Shown: positions 42,779 to 56,545 of the stretch, piece by piece
Layout: every line of letters begins with the position of its first letter
Position numbering within the stretch: the stretch's first letter is position 1
NCBI RefSeq assembly: GCF_009914755.1
Contig: NC_060937.1
Reading direction: 5' to 3' (one strand)
DNA from: the human T2T-CHM13v2.0 reference genome, Homo sapiens
Length of the DNA: 64,000 bases
The notes under the pieces: model-generated
Databases searched by the model: none
What the model was told of the DNA's origin: nothing
What the model saw: only the letters and a program-made list of their open reading frames with translations
Made by a program: the position numbers and the translations under genes

Positions 42779-45153
42779 TGATATGGTTTGGCTCTGTGTC
42801 TCCACCCAAATCTCATCTTGTAACTGCCATCATTCCCACATGTTGTGGGAGGGACCTGGTGGGAGATAATTGAATCATGGGGGTGGGTATGTCCCATGCT
42901 GTTCTTGTAAGAGCAAATAAGTCTCACAAGATCTGGTGGTATTATGAGGGGGAGTTTCTCTGCACAAGCTCTCTCTCTGTGCCTGCTGCCATCGATGTAA
43001 GATGTGACTTGTTCCTCCTTGCCTTCTGCCATGATTCTGAAGCCTCCACAGCCGTGTGGAACTGTGAGTCCAATAAAACCTTTTTACTTTGTAAATTGCT
43101 CAATCTCCGGTATGTCTTTATCAGCAGTGTGAAAATGTACTAATGCAGTAAATTGGTACCAATAGAGTGGGGCATTACTGAAAAGATACCTGAAAATGTG
43201 GACGCGGCTTTGGAACTGGGTAACAGGCAGAGGTTGGAACAGTTTGGAGGGCTCAGAAGAAGACAAGAAAATCTGGAAAAGTTTGGAAATTCCTAGAGAT
43301 TTGTTGAATGCTTTGAACAAAAGCCTGATGGCAATATGGACAGTGAGGTCCAGGCTGAGGTTGTCTCAGATAGAGATGAGGAACTTGTTGGGAGGTGGAG
43401 CAAAGGTGACTCTTGTTATGTTTTAGCAAAGAGACTGGCATCATTTTGCCCCCGCCATAGAGATTTGTGGAACTTTATACCTGAGAGAGATGATAAAGGG
43501 TATCTAATGGAGGAAATTTCTAAAAAGCAATGCATTCAAGAGGTGACTTGGGTGCTGTTAAAGGCATTCAACTTTATAAGGGAAGCGGAGCATAAAAGTT
43601 CAGAAAATTTGCAGGCTGATAATGTGATAGAAAAGAAAATCCCATTTTCTGAGGAGAAATTCAAGCTGGCTGCAAAAATTTGCACAAGTAACAAGGAGCC
43701 AGATGTTAATCCCCAAGATAATCAGGAAAATGTCTCCAGGGAATATCAGAGGTCTTCATGGCAGCTCCTCCCATCACATGCCTGGAAGCCAAGGAGAAAA
43801 CAAAGGTTTTGTGGGCCAGGCCAAGGGTCCCTGTGCTGTGTGCAGTACAAAGACTTAGTGCCCTGTGTCCCACTCCAGCCATGAATAAAAGAGGCCAAGG
43901 AACAGATTATGCCGTGGCTTCAGAGGGTGCAAGCCCCAAGCCTTGGCAGCTTCCATGAGGTGTTGAACCAGCAAATGCAAAGAAGTCAAGAATTGAGATT
44001 TGGGAACCTCCCCCTAGATATCAGAAGATGTGTGGAAACACCAGGATATCCAGGCAGAAGTTCACTGCAGAGGTGGGGCTCTCATACAGAACTTTCACTC
44101 GGGCAGTGTGGAAGGGAAATGTGGTGTCGGAGCCCCCACACAGAGTCCCTACTGTGGCACCAACTAGTAGAACTGTGAGAAGAGGGCCACTGTCCTCCAG
44201 ACCCCAAAATGGTAGATCCACTGACAGCTTGCATCGTGTGCCTGGAAAAGCTGCAGACACTCAACACAAGCCTGGGAAACCAGCCAGGAGGGAGGCTGTA
44301 CCCTGCAAAGCCAAGAGGCAGAGCTGCCCAAGACCATGGGAACCCACCTCTTGCATCAGTGTAACCCCAACATGAGACATGGGGTCAAAGGATATCATTT
44401 TGGAGCTTTATGACTTGAATGCCCTGCTGGATTTTGAACTTGCCTGGGGCTTGTAACCCCTTTGTTTTGGCCAATTTCTCCCACTTGGAGTGACTGTATT
44501 TACCCAATGCCTGTATCCCCATTGTAACTTGGAAGTAAATAACTTGCTTTTGATTTTACGGACTCAGGTGGAAGGGACTTGCCTTGTCTGAGATGAGACA
44601 TTGGACTGTGGACTTTTGAGTTAATTTGGAAATGAGTTAAGACTTTGAGGAACTGCTGGGAAGGCATGATTGGTTTTAAAATGTGAAGACATGAGATTTG
44701 TGAGAGGTCAGGGTGAAATGATATGGTTTGGCCGATTGGTTTTGACATGTGAAGACACAAGATTTGGGAGACGCCAGGGCAAAATGATATGGTTTGGCTC
44801 TGTGTCCCTACCCAAATCTCATCTTGTAGCTCCCATCATTTCCACATATTGTGGGAGTGACCTGGTGGGAGATAATTGAATGATGGGGGCAGGTCTTTCC
44901 CATGATGTTCTTGTAATAGTGAATAAACCTCATGAGATCTGATGGTCTTATAAAAGGGAATGTCCCTGCACAAATTCTCTTTCTTTGCCTGCTGCCATTG
45001 ATGTAAGATGTGACTTGCTCCTCCTTGCCTACTGCCAAGATTCTGAGGCCTCCCCAGCCACGTGGAACTGTGAGTCCAATTAAACCTCTTTATTTTGCAA
45101 ATTGCCCAGTCTCAGGCATGTCTTTATCAGCAGTGTGAAAACAGACTAATGCA
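42779..45153 (+). mobile_element. Full-length THE1 provirus: 5' LTR 42779-43147, internal 43148-44784, 3' LTR 44785-45153
   Basis: Two similar 369-bp LTRs (tgatatggtttggct...taatgca); perfect 5-bp TSD ggtag (42774-42778 / 45154-45158). Confidence 0.96.
43336..43884 (+). pseudogene. Remnant of the MaLR internal (gag-derived) ORF, 182 aa still open
   Basis: 'MDSEVQAEVVSDRDEELVGRWSKGDSCYVLAKRL' is the typical THE1/MST internal translation; adjacent parts lie in other frames. Confidence 0.75.
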
Positions 45154-45716
45154 GGTAGATACCCAGTAGTGGGATTGCTGGATCAAATGGTATTACTGTT
45201 TTTGGTTCTTTGAGAAATCTCCATGTTATTCAATCAAATATTTTTGCAGAGAAGAAGGTCATAGTCAAAAAGGCATAGCCTTGATTTATTTTCAGACAAG
45301 CATTAATTGCTACCATCCCTGCAAAATTTTATCTGCTGATTTTTTACATTTACTATTATAAATCACATTTAAATAATATGAAACTCATTTGGGGGGAGAT
45401 GAGTTTAAGTAATTATATTCAATGGAGTTGTAAAAGCGAACACAATGTATTTTATATCCCAGAGCATTCACTCTTTTTGTTGTCTCTATCTGATACACTC
45501 TATGCCACAATTTTCAAAACTGGCTCCTTTTTCTCTTATAAGACTAAACTATAATATCACTTTCTCAGAGGAACCCTCCTAAGCCATTTTATTTAAAACA
45601 GTCCTATTCACATTCGTTTAAAGCAGGGCTTACTGAGGCAGTTGTGTAAGCTCTGTGTAGTTAGTGCCTGGCATATAATGGACACTCAAAAAATATTTAT
45701 TGATGAATGAATAAAT

Positions 45717-46331
45717 TGTCAAAAACAAGTATTTTTGACTTAGGTAAGGAGAGATATTATTTTAAAAGACTATTGCAGTAGGGAAAAATCTTCAGATCAT
45801 AAGATCTCCAAGCACCTTATAGAATAGGCAGAGGAGAATTTTCTTTAATAGGAAGGTGTAAAGAAGACAATAAGTACTGGTTACTGGGGAGTAGGGTGGA
45901 ATGGTGGCTTGATAGGGCAGTTGAACAGAAACAGTCTTTTCCCAAGGTTGTCAGATTCTCGGGAGTGGTCCATAAGGAGGTATTGCTCCATATTCCCATG
46001 CTAGTGTTGACTGAGTATGATTCACAGTTCTGGGTTACGGGAAGAAGGAGAGAAAATTAAACTTGGTCAAACCAAGTTAGAAGGTATTTTGAGCAGATTG
46101 GTGAGTGAGTTCAAACAATTAACTATTTATGAAACACAGAAAGGAAATTTGGTAAATCTGCATTTGACTTTTTCATAAATAAACAAGGGAAGCATTTATG
46201 AGTCTTAACTGACTCATATGGGGGAAGCTGTATTTTTGTAGTAAGGCATTTCCTAGAACACAAAAGGATGGGGGACGGTTCTTAATTATTGCTGCTTTTC
46301 AGAAACACAGGGCTCTTATAAACACTAACAT
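45717..46331. mobile_element. ERV1-type solo LTR (MER31/MER67-like), subfamily uncertain
   Basis: tgtcaaaa...aaaagactattgcagtaggg...cactaaca with TG...CA ends; follows an L2 3' end ('aaatatttattgatgaatgaa'). Confidence 0.5.
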
Positions 46332-46819
46332 TGCCAAAATGAAAAATGCAAGTTTGTTACAGTATGTTTAAAGTAATATTTAATGTGAAATGACTATGTA
46401 CAAGTCTACATATGTACCTGTATCTTTATGTATTTATTTTTATATTGATATTGGTATTTATATTATTATTCTACATAAATATGATCTAGTCAATATTTCT
46501 CAACATGTCTAATTGATAGAGACTAATCAATGAATTATAGAATGCAAATCATCCTTGGCTTGTGGCCATTGTATGCCAGTTTCACCCTTAAGATATTATA
46601 ACCATTACAAGCACATCCTGCCTTCTCCTCTTATAACCAAATGCCCCTTAGCAGAGCAGCTCTAATCTTAGTTGAGAATCATTGGAACACAGATGTGTTA
46701 TAGATTCTAAATACTAATGTTATATTTCAGTAATATTCTCTATTTATTCTCATATGCATATCCATTGTTAAACTGCATTTGTTGAATATGTAAATCCTAG
46801 AAAATAAATCTTTTATATT

Positions 46820-47250
46820 ATCCATTCTACCATAAATGGTTTATTTAAGCCAATCATGGGTTATAAATTCTGCTTACCTAGTCAGCTATTTTCATCCCCC
46901 TGGCAAATGAGACCACAAAGAAGCCTTCTGACAAGTTGTTGGAAATGGATTCCTTGCTATCAATAAAAGACAAATAAATACATGTTAACTTTGCTTTGTC
47001 TGGACATTTTTAAAAGTAGATGATTATAATGTGTAGCCAAATTGCTATATCCATCTTTTACCAATCCCAGGATGAAGCTAGTTCACTTGAAGAGTCAGAC
47101 TGAAAAACTGCAGAGAAGAGTGTAAAAGCTTTGATACATAATTTCTAAAGATGATGTTTCTTATGAATGTTTTTACACGCAAGTAAACACATTTTCTTAC
47201 TGCTTAAAAATCTGAGTTGGAGATTTTGTTACTGGTGACCAGAAACATCT
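46820..47250 (+). mobile_element. Old MLT1 LTR fragment
   Basis: 'ttttcttactgcttaa...gagttggagattttgttactggtgaccagaaacatc' resembles an MLT1 3' end. Confidence 0.5.
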
Positions 47251-50200
47251 TATCTTATATGCTATATTTTTGTTGAAGTCCAATAAATCCCAAGGAACTG
47301 TTTATTTTCTACTATTCCTAAAAACTCATGAATATATGTCATAAAATCTCTTTCCCAAGTTAAAAATTAAATATCTCTTAGCATTGATAATACAAATTTA
47401 TTATTAGGAAAGTAAAGAAAAATTTACAATAAAATTATCCACAATGAGAACATTAAAGATATGTCTACTTACTGAAATGAGTTGACCAAAAACAATTTTT
47501 GTAAGAGGAGAATTTTTACTAGCCTCCAATTTTAAGTGTATCTATTTTGATATTCATAATGTGGATACATCATTCTTTTTGCTGTTTAAAAATCCATTTA
47601 TAAAAAATATAAAAAGTCTTTTATTCCATGACAATCATCATCCATCTACTATTCCTAACATGGGACAAAGCATTATAATCATCCCTAGTATCCATCAATT
47701 CTTTTTAGAAAGAGAATTCTCAAGTTTATTTGGGCACCTTGTTACATACCTAAAGAAGAGTTTGCTGTTCTCCCTTATAACAACTATGAAATTTCTGGGT
47801 CACCTCGTTAAAAATGTAATTACATACCCTACACTGTGTTTTTTCCTTATTCTTGATTCTTAAGAGATGGTAAGACTGCCGTCTAGAACTCTGAAGGAGA
47901 AGCAAAATGCTGGGGAACTCAGCCAAATTTCCAGTCTGATTCCCTTGATAATCTTGTGCAGTTGAATTGCCCTAAAGCCCATAAATAATCTCTAGATTAT
48001 TATATGAATGAAAAATAACTTCTTACTTAAAACCTAGCATTTTAAAAAATACCTTAGCCTAGTTTGTACCCTTACTAATAAATATATATTTCCTAGAAAA
48101 TCATACTTACCAATAACATTTGTGAAATTACTAATAGAGATGGAAAGATGGACCATTGAGTAGGCTGTGCGTTTTTTTGTTGAAAGAATATAGGTGAACC
48201 AATGGAACACTGGAGTGAAAAAATAATTTTGCCTATCTTTCTAACTGAAATAAATTGGTAGTATTTTTCTACATGGCTGAGTTGGAAGGAATGTGAAGTA
48301 GTGATCATACTCCTTAAGAGTGATTGCTATAACCTAATATTGCTTGCAATAGAACTGGGATAAAGAAGTGGTGGTATATATGCAACATGTTTTAAATGTT
48401 AATCTAGGATTTGAAATAAATGTCATAGCAAAACAATCAGAAGATAAATGAGAACTTTGAAAAAAATACCAAAGTAAGTGATGGCATTCCTCCTCACGCC
48501 ACAGAACTCACATAACTTGTTTCAATATTCTGCTGCAAGATACTTTAGAGGTATTATACTTTCTATTAGCATTAGTAAATATAGAAAATTCTAGAATAAC
48601 TTCATCCTGTGAGTTGAATATTCTGCAAGTTTTAAAATACTATATGTAATGCTGAAAATGGGCATTTTCTTGCTTTTCCACAGCAGCCAAGTAAGAAGTG
48701 TGTTTGAATAAGCAAGTTTAAAAACATATTCAGACTACATCTTCTCAAAAGAAAATGAATGAAGCAGATGCAATAAGTTCTCCTTCTTGTTCTACAAAAC
48801 ATGCATAGCAATCAATAAAACTATCATCTCATATTTTAAAACTTTAGTCAAGATCACGATTTTCAACTTTATATCTAAGACATTTTACTTAATTTGTAAG
48901 AGACAGGTAGTGACCCATAAACACACTTACAAAAACATACTTAATGAAAAGGTCAATTTAGTTGAAGAATAATGGGAAATGTAGCATAAACATTTTGTTT
49001 GCATTGCCCTTTAGTTGCACCTTAATATATGAAATGTGCTGTGGTGCTTTCTTGATGTGGAAGAGAAAACTAAACATCAAAGTTTTGTGTCTTCTTTCCT
49101 TAAAGTGAAGTTGTTGTTGGAAAACGGCTGTTTGGTCAGCATCTATATTTTTCAAACTCCTGTGGGAAATGTAAATAGTTAACTGTACCATCAAGTTAGT
49201 CAGTAGAAAGATCAGAAAATAAAGCAAAAATAGATATACCAATTAGAAAAGACACCAAAATGGTAATAGTTGAGTTTATTGCTTTAATTGATCTCCTAAA
49301 CATTGGCCTAGCAGATTTTCTAATTCATTTTATATGCAGGCAGGATAAAAGGGAGGAAGATAAGGAGAGAGGGGGAAAGAAAAGGAAAGAAATAGAATGA
49401 GATGGAAGAAAGCCTCCATCTGGAAATAGGGAAGTAGGAAATATCACATCATCTGTAATTTCTTCATTCTCTTGTTAACTAGAAATTGGAATTATCAGAC
49501 TAGATTGTTTGAGATAGGAAACTTGGATAGATTGAATCATTAGTTCTGTCTTGAATGTTTGAGTTGTGACTTTGAAACAGAAAAGTTTGTAGAAAAAAAG
49601 GATTAAACTTCACATCTTAATACTTTTTAACATTTCCTTCCTACTCCACACTCTGCTCCAAACAGTGACAATGGCACTTCTTTTTTTTAATTCTCCTCTC
49701 AATTTTTAAGAAGTCCTTAAATTAATCCATCTACCTTAGGCCTGTTGGATTAGTCTAGTGCTTTGTTAGTGCTCTGGCAGAGAAAACCAGTGCAATATTT
49801 TCTACTCTATGGGATGGGTAAGAACCTGAAGAAACAAGTTGGAGCACTGGGAGAGGACTAAAAATGTAGGCATAGCTAGATAAGCTTTGTCCTTAGAGTT
49901 CTGTGGACTCTATGAATGAGTTAATCATGTAAGTTATCAGCCTAATACTTTTGGAGAAAAGACAGTAGTTAAACCAATGGAAGAAAATTCCCATGAGCTC
50001 CAGTTGGCACATTAGGAGTCCACAGAATTCCAGGTCAGAATAAGAAGAAAAAAGTCGCCTGTAAGTATCCTGGTAACATCAATTAAGAGAAAATATTATA
50101 AACTTTCATATGGAAAAAAACATGGTATCTACAAAGAGAAAAAAATAAAAATAAGGTCTCTCTGACATTATATTTCTCTTTTAGGGCACTTAAAGCAAAA

Positions 50201-53200
50201 CAGAGTAGGCTATATGTTCGGATTGCCAAGGAATAAGATCCGCAACCATTCCAATATAAGCTACTTTTTGGAAAACAAACCTAAAAGAATAAAAAATTTT
50301 GTGTGGATCTTTAGGATAATAGAAGCACTGCCTTTTAATCCTCATCTCATCTGATGTCTTATGTTACCAGTAAAATGTAATTTTAATCTGTCTTGGCTTT
50401 GTCCAACATTTCATATTTATTCTCCCTTACTTTGTAATCAATAATCAGGTGGCAACTCCAACGTATTTTCTGTATAACAATTTAAAAGTAATTTGAATAG
50501 CCCTATGTATATACTTATTAATATCATCACTTCTCAAGGTATTTAATTCAATAATAGGAGATGTTAGTTATAGAGCTCAATTATTAACACTGCAGGTGTT
50601 TCATAACTCTGCTTTTCTTACTTTGCGGTAAATAAATGCAATTATAAGTCTTTCTTTAGTTATCTTAGATCTTGTTCTCTTAAATAATAGTAACTGCATG
50701 TACATGTTTTTCTTTTCTTTCTTTTTACCATATACACTCAATTTCACTTGAAAGTCATGGCAAATATAGAATAATCTTTGTAGGGTTGACGTAATTCTTT
50801 TCTAATTGTAACTTTAACCTACTTAAAGAATCATATAATTCATATAAAAGTCAAAGACTGACAAGTTTTAAACCAAAGGTATTTTAAAATATTTTATCTC
50901 ATCCATGAACATGTTTCTCACTACTTATCCTGCAATCTGCTGAGTGCTATTTTTCTTACTTTTATTTTTTGACAGTTTCTGTATATACTCGATGAAACTT
51001 AACAGGTTGAGATTGAAAAAAAAAAAACTAGTATCATATTAGCTAGCAGTTTTTCTAAGCATAAAAAAGGCAAAATTGTGTTTTAAATTTCAACTAGTAA
51101 TAAAACATGCTTGTTATGCATATGTAAGACTCAAGAAACAGAAAACATCCTATGATAATTTTAAAAATAAATTATCAATTAAATATAAACTAACATTTAA
51201 AATATGGCAAAGCCACCCATGTGCTTTATAAGAATTTGTAATGTCTCTTTATTTCATTAATTTCATCTGTTATAACATATTGCAGGTAAAGCCTTTGTGA
51301 TGGCATCGATATATCTAGATACCTCTAATTTAAAGTAGTAAAGAAACAATAGAAGTAATAAGGAAAGAAAACAATTTTTGAAATAGCAATCTATTTTCTA
51401 GTTGAAAAATATAAACCACAACCATATATTTGACATGAGTATATATCAAAATCTTCCTCAAATGTGGACTGAAGCCTAAGTGTTGCTTGCAGGCCTGATT
51501 ATAGTGCAAGGAAAACCCAATAAAAATTGTAACATTCTACTTCTTATAGGCCCTTTTCTCTAATAAGTATAGATTTTTATATATTGGTAAAAATGACAGC
51601 TTGTACATAAGAAATTATTGCCTCAAATATAGTACAAATAGTTACATTTTTCTAAGTGAACTTGTTAGCTATAATTTGCCAAGGCGATTTAATACAATTA
51701 ATGAAATTGGAAGTAGCATTAATTCCTGGTCATTGTTATATTTGACATATTAAAGATAGTTTAAAACATGGTTAGAAATCTTTTTCTATGTGTTCAAGGA
51801 TAATTAACTTTGGCATATAAAATTTATTAAAATCAAGGCAATTTATATTACAGAGCATTGCACATACCTAGGTTAACATGAAAGCACCACGTCTCTGCTA
51901 ACCATGAGATTACTATAATTCACAAAGGTACTTTTTCGTAATTTTGAGTGATTTATGTACATAGTATAGTCAACAAATAAAGATGGTGTTAAATCTAGAA
52001 GAATCTTCATTGTGAGTATTGTGATAAAATGATTTTAATATACTGTGTTTTAAAAGAGAAACACTTGAATAAGGGATGCAGCTATTGGGTTATTTCTATT
52101 GAATTACTCTAATTACATGTAGTTGGCAAGTATAATATGAAAAATGTGTTTTTATATCAGCTTAAAATTTTAAAAGAAAAAACAGAGGTAGACATTTGTT
52201 TAAATGTAAATGACTAATGAAGCAATAATTGTTCTGTATACATGTGGCTCAAAAACCTGCACATACAATTACTGAGATAAAAATTCATTTGTAACTTAAA
52301 ATTTTTAATAATTAAAACATTTTCAATACTTTAAAGAATCAGAGATACTATTAGTAGATAGTGTGGATTTGGGCATCTTGCTATAATTTTGCAGTCACTT
52401 TCTTCTTATTTTATCCATGCCCAAGTCAGGCAAAAAATACATCAAAATACCAAATCAAGTATGTTTCCCAGCATGTTGGTTCAGAGGCACAAATATGACC
52501 ATGACCTAGAACAGATAGCGCAACAAAGAAAACAGTCTTAACAGATATAGAATAATTAGAAAACATTCTAATTGTCCAATTTTATCATATTAATTTTTGG
52601 GAAATGACTTTTCAAATGGGAAATTAGTTGTCTTAGAAATTAGGAAAATATTTGTGGATGAGAGAAGACTATGCTGGTGCCACATATAGAATACATGACA
52701 TATATTGGTGAAGGAGGTATTTGTTCCACATTTTATGTCAACTGTTTTAGCAATGATTTAGTGGTGAAGAGAAGCATTGAGTACAAAGTGAATTTATTTA
52801 TCTATTTATTTATTCATTCAATGAATAGTTACTAAGAACCAGGAATTACTGGGAACAAAAGATAAAAATGATCAACACCTAAGAAGAATGTCATGGCTTT
52901 CATAGATCAAGCATTGAAGTAATAATGACTAACTACATTTCCCTCTTTATTCAGTTGCCAGGGGCTGCGCCTTCTTTGGGAAGCTTTCTCTGACTTTCTT
53001 GGGATATACTTGTTGTCCTTCAGAGTAGTCAAAGAGCAGTATGAGCAGTATTTTCTGTGCATTCCTAAAGCGAAAGTCATTGTTTTATAATTTGACTTAC
53101 ATATCTATCCAGAAGTATTGAGTAAACACTTAAAAAACATGCCATTAGTTTTCAGATGCATATCCCAACATCTTAGCACGCTGTCAGAAAAATAACAGAG

Positions 53201-53348
53201 CAGTGTTTCTCAAATTTAATAGGCATATAAATCACCTGGAGATCTTATAAAAATGCAGATTCTGATTATTTTTGGAATATGGACTACTATTCTGCATTTC
53301 TAATATGATGTTGGTGCTACTGTCTATGAACCACACATTAAGTAACAA
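53201..53348. mobile_element. MER5A-like hAT-Charlie MITE
   Basis: cagtgtttctcaaa...aatcacctggagatcttataaaaatgcagattctga...ctgcatttctaa. Confidence 0.8.
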
Positions 53349-53524
53349 GGTAGTAGATATTATGAAATTACAAATTGTTTGATGATTTAAAAAGATGAGA
53401 GATTAAGAGTATTAATATTTAGTGGGTAAGTAGTGAAAGATGATTTAAAAGATACTAGACAGCTTGGTATTGCTAAAGACCAATAGAGAATGGCCACCAG
53501 GAGGAAGCTTATAGATTTTATGGA

Positions 53525-53778
53525 AAAACCTGTGTATTAGATAAAATTTTTTTCAGGCATGAGTTATAATGTTGTTGGCTACAAGTTCAATGTTAGAAAG
53601 TGAACAATATACAACAAATAAGTTGTCTTTATAAAGAAACACACATTAAATAAGATTCTGTATTGATTGGTTGTTGAATCTAACCCTGTACTAGGAGCAA
53701 TGGTTCAGCATTTGCTAATTCAATTTTCATGGAAACTGCATAGAACATAACTATTGCAAATCTTAAGAACCAACTATA
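53525..53778. mobile_element. Tigger4/MER46-like fragment
   Basis: 'ttcaggcatgagttataatgttgttggc...ctaggagcaatggttcag...atagaacataact'. Confidence 0.7.
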
Positions 53779-55003
53779 CCTACATAATATTCTAAATTTT
53801 GATTTCTCACCAGCAAAGAATAAAATACTAGTTGTTCCTTTATAGACGAGTTTGCCAACCCCAGGCTTAGGTGATAAAGTGAAGGAAAAAGAAAGATGTT
53901 GGCTTAATCTAGAGCAAACAGGAAGATTGTGAGACATTTTTATATATGATGTATCTTAAGAATATAAGACATTGAAGAATATAAATATATTAACATATAG
54001 TATATATAGATAAACATAGATTTATATATTGGTATTACCAACTACGTTTTTATTCACATTGTCTAGTTCATTAGATATTTTTATAATATTGTGTCTTATA
54101 ATGATTGTATCTGAGTCTAGTTCTACCTTTATTATTTATTTTATGGGTTATTATTGGGTTTCATACCAGATTATTAGTCATATAAATGTTCCCAATTATT
54201 ATTAAAGAAAATAATATTTTGCTGACTGTTTCATGGTTGTAATATTTATTTTGTCATTTGGAGGATATTTAAAATGTGCACACTGCTACTTTGATTACTT
54301 TCTGTAAGAGATCTCTTGCTTACTACAACATTGCTTTTAGGAAAAAAAAAGTTCTTTTAAGATCAGTCAGTCAGTCACTTCTTGTTTTGATGAAAACTGT
54401 ATGATGAGGCCAGTCACAAGATGGCGGTGTAATGATGTATATTAGTAATGGTTGTGCTGGATAGATGATTAAAATAATATTTGTAGTAAAATTTTAATAG
54501 GACTGAATGGTTGCATTGGAGGAGTAAGTATGAGGAAGAAACCAGAGATTACAATTTCATTTTTTCCCGAAAGGAAAACTAAATTAAGAATACTTGGCTT
54601 TTTCCAAAATATGCAATCTTGGAGAAAATTATGTAAAATTTACGACATGTTTCTTTCTGGTATAAATTTCATGCGTTTATCGTAAGTTCAAGAGGCCGGT
54701 TTAAGAAGGGGTAGGCATTTGAAGATATATTAGGAAAGATATATGACTATTGAATTTTTGGAAGTGCATTAGGTCAAACAGATAGTATATGGTGAGAAAT
54801 AAGTTTGGGCTGAATTCTGTAAAACAACAATATTTAAGGCATATGCAAAAGAGTGGATCTCCTGCAAATGGAACAGAGAAGTGGCCAAAGGATATGAAAG
54901 GAAATAATTTGTGACGGAGAAAGTGATTGACAAATCTCTAAATAATTTACTTGAGTTAATACAGTTAATGCATATTTATTGGTGACATTGGAGAGAGCTT
55001 TCA

Positions 55004-55096
55004 TTGTTGTTGCTGTTATTGTTTTGTTCGTTTGTTTTTTGAGACAGGTTATTGCTCTGTCACCTTGGTTGGAGTGCAGTGGCATGATCACAGTTC
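55004..55096 (-). mobile_element. Alu 3' fragment (tail + ~60 bp of right arm)
   Basis: (TTG)-type tail, then gagacagg...ggagtgcagtggcatgatcacagttca, cut off by L1 sequence. Confidence 0.85.
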
Positions 55097-55425
55097 ATGG
55101 ATAGAGCTGGAGGCTATTATTCTTAGCAAATTAATGCAGGAACAGAAAAGCAAATACCTCATATTCACACATATAAGGGCGAGCTAAATGGTGAGAACAT
55201 ATGAACACAAAGAAGGAAATGACAGACACTAGGGTCTACTTGAGGGGAGAGAGTTGGAGGAGGGAGAGGAGTAGAAAAGATAACTATTGGGTCCTGGGCT
55301 TAATTCCTGGGTGATAAAATATTCTGTACAATAAACCCCCATGACTTGAGTTTACCTGTGTAACAAACCTTCACGTGCACCACTGAATCTAAAATATTAG
55401 TTAAAAGCAAAACAAAATAAAATAA
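55097..55425 (+). mobile_element. Old L1PA 3' end
   Basis: 'atggatagagctggaggctattattcttagcaaa...caaaccttcacgtgcac' followed by an A-rich tail. Confidence 0.85.
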
Positions 55426-55439
55426 TCTGTTATTTCTAC

Positions 55440-56504
55440 AACATGACCTTTGTAAGTCTCATGGCACTCTCAAAGCAAAAACCTTTAATAGATAAACTAG
55501 GAATAAAAAGCAAGAAATCCAATCATACTGATACTGAAAATCACAAAGGAAGACAGTGAAAGAAAAAGAAAAAGAAAAAATCAAAGGCTGTATAAAACTA
55601 CCAGCAGACAAGGAACACTATGGCAGTACCAAGTCATTACCTATTAATCATTACTCTGAATGTGGATGAATTAAATTATCCAATTGAAAGACAAAGTGGC
55701 TGGATGGATTAAACAAACAAGACCCAATTATATGTTGCCTATATGAGATTGCCTTCATCCATAGGACATGTATCAGCTGAAAGTGAATGGATGGAAAAAG
55801 ATATTCCATGAAAATGGAAACCAAAAAGAAGCAGAAGTAGCTATAGTTGTATCAGATAAAATAGACTTCAATTAAAAAACTATAACAATATCCAAGGTGA
55901 TTCTGTAATAATAAAGGAGTCAATACAGCAAGAGGAAATAGCAGTCATAAATATATATGCATGAAACATCAAAACACCTAAATATATGAAACAAACATTA
56001 ATAGATCTAAGAGAGAGAGAGACAGGAATACAATAATAGTAGAGAACTTCTATACCCATCTTTCAGCAATGAACAAATCATCCAGAAAGAAAATTAGCAA
56101 AAATCATTGAATATAAACTACACTCTTGAGCAACGAACCTAAAAGATGTTTTATGAAAGAGCTTCTGAATAGCCACTCTTTTCAACAGCATGTGAAACAT
56201 TCTACAGAACAGGTCATATATTAGTCCACAAAACAAGTCTTAACAAATTAAAAAAAAAATCAAAATTTATCGTGTCTTTTCTGATGATAGTGAAATAAAA
56301 CTAAAAATCAACGGGAGGAACCTCAGAAACTGTACAAGTTCACGGAAATTAAACAGTATGTTTGTAAACAAATGGGCCAATTAAGAAATTAAAGGAGAAA
56401 TTTTAAAATTTCTTGAACAAATGAAAATGAAAACACAATATTCCCAAAATTATGGGATACAGCAAAAGCAGTTCTTAGAGGAAACTTTATAGCAATACAC
56501 ACAA

Positions 56505-56545
<41 letters not shown>

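Larger units (their letters stand above)
42271..45230 (-). mobile_element. L1 (PB4/MA-like) 3' end, split by THE1 (parts 42271-42778 and 45154-45230)
   Basis: 'ttcctttgggtag' | 'atacccagtagtgggattgctggatcaaatgg' is contiguous L1 antisense sequence. Confidence 0.9.

Noticed and set aside
49620-50300. Possible HAL1 or L1ME ORF1 remnant
   Set aside because: Too degraded to support by eye.
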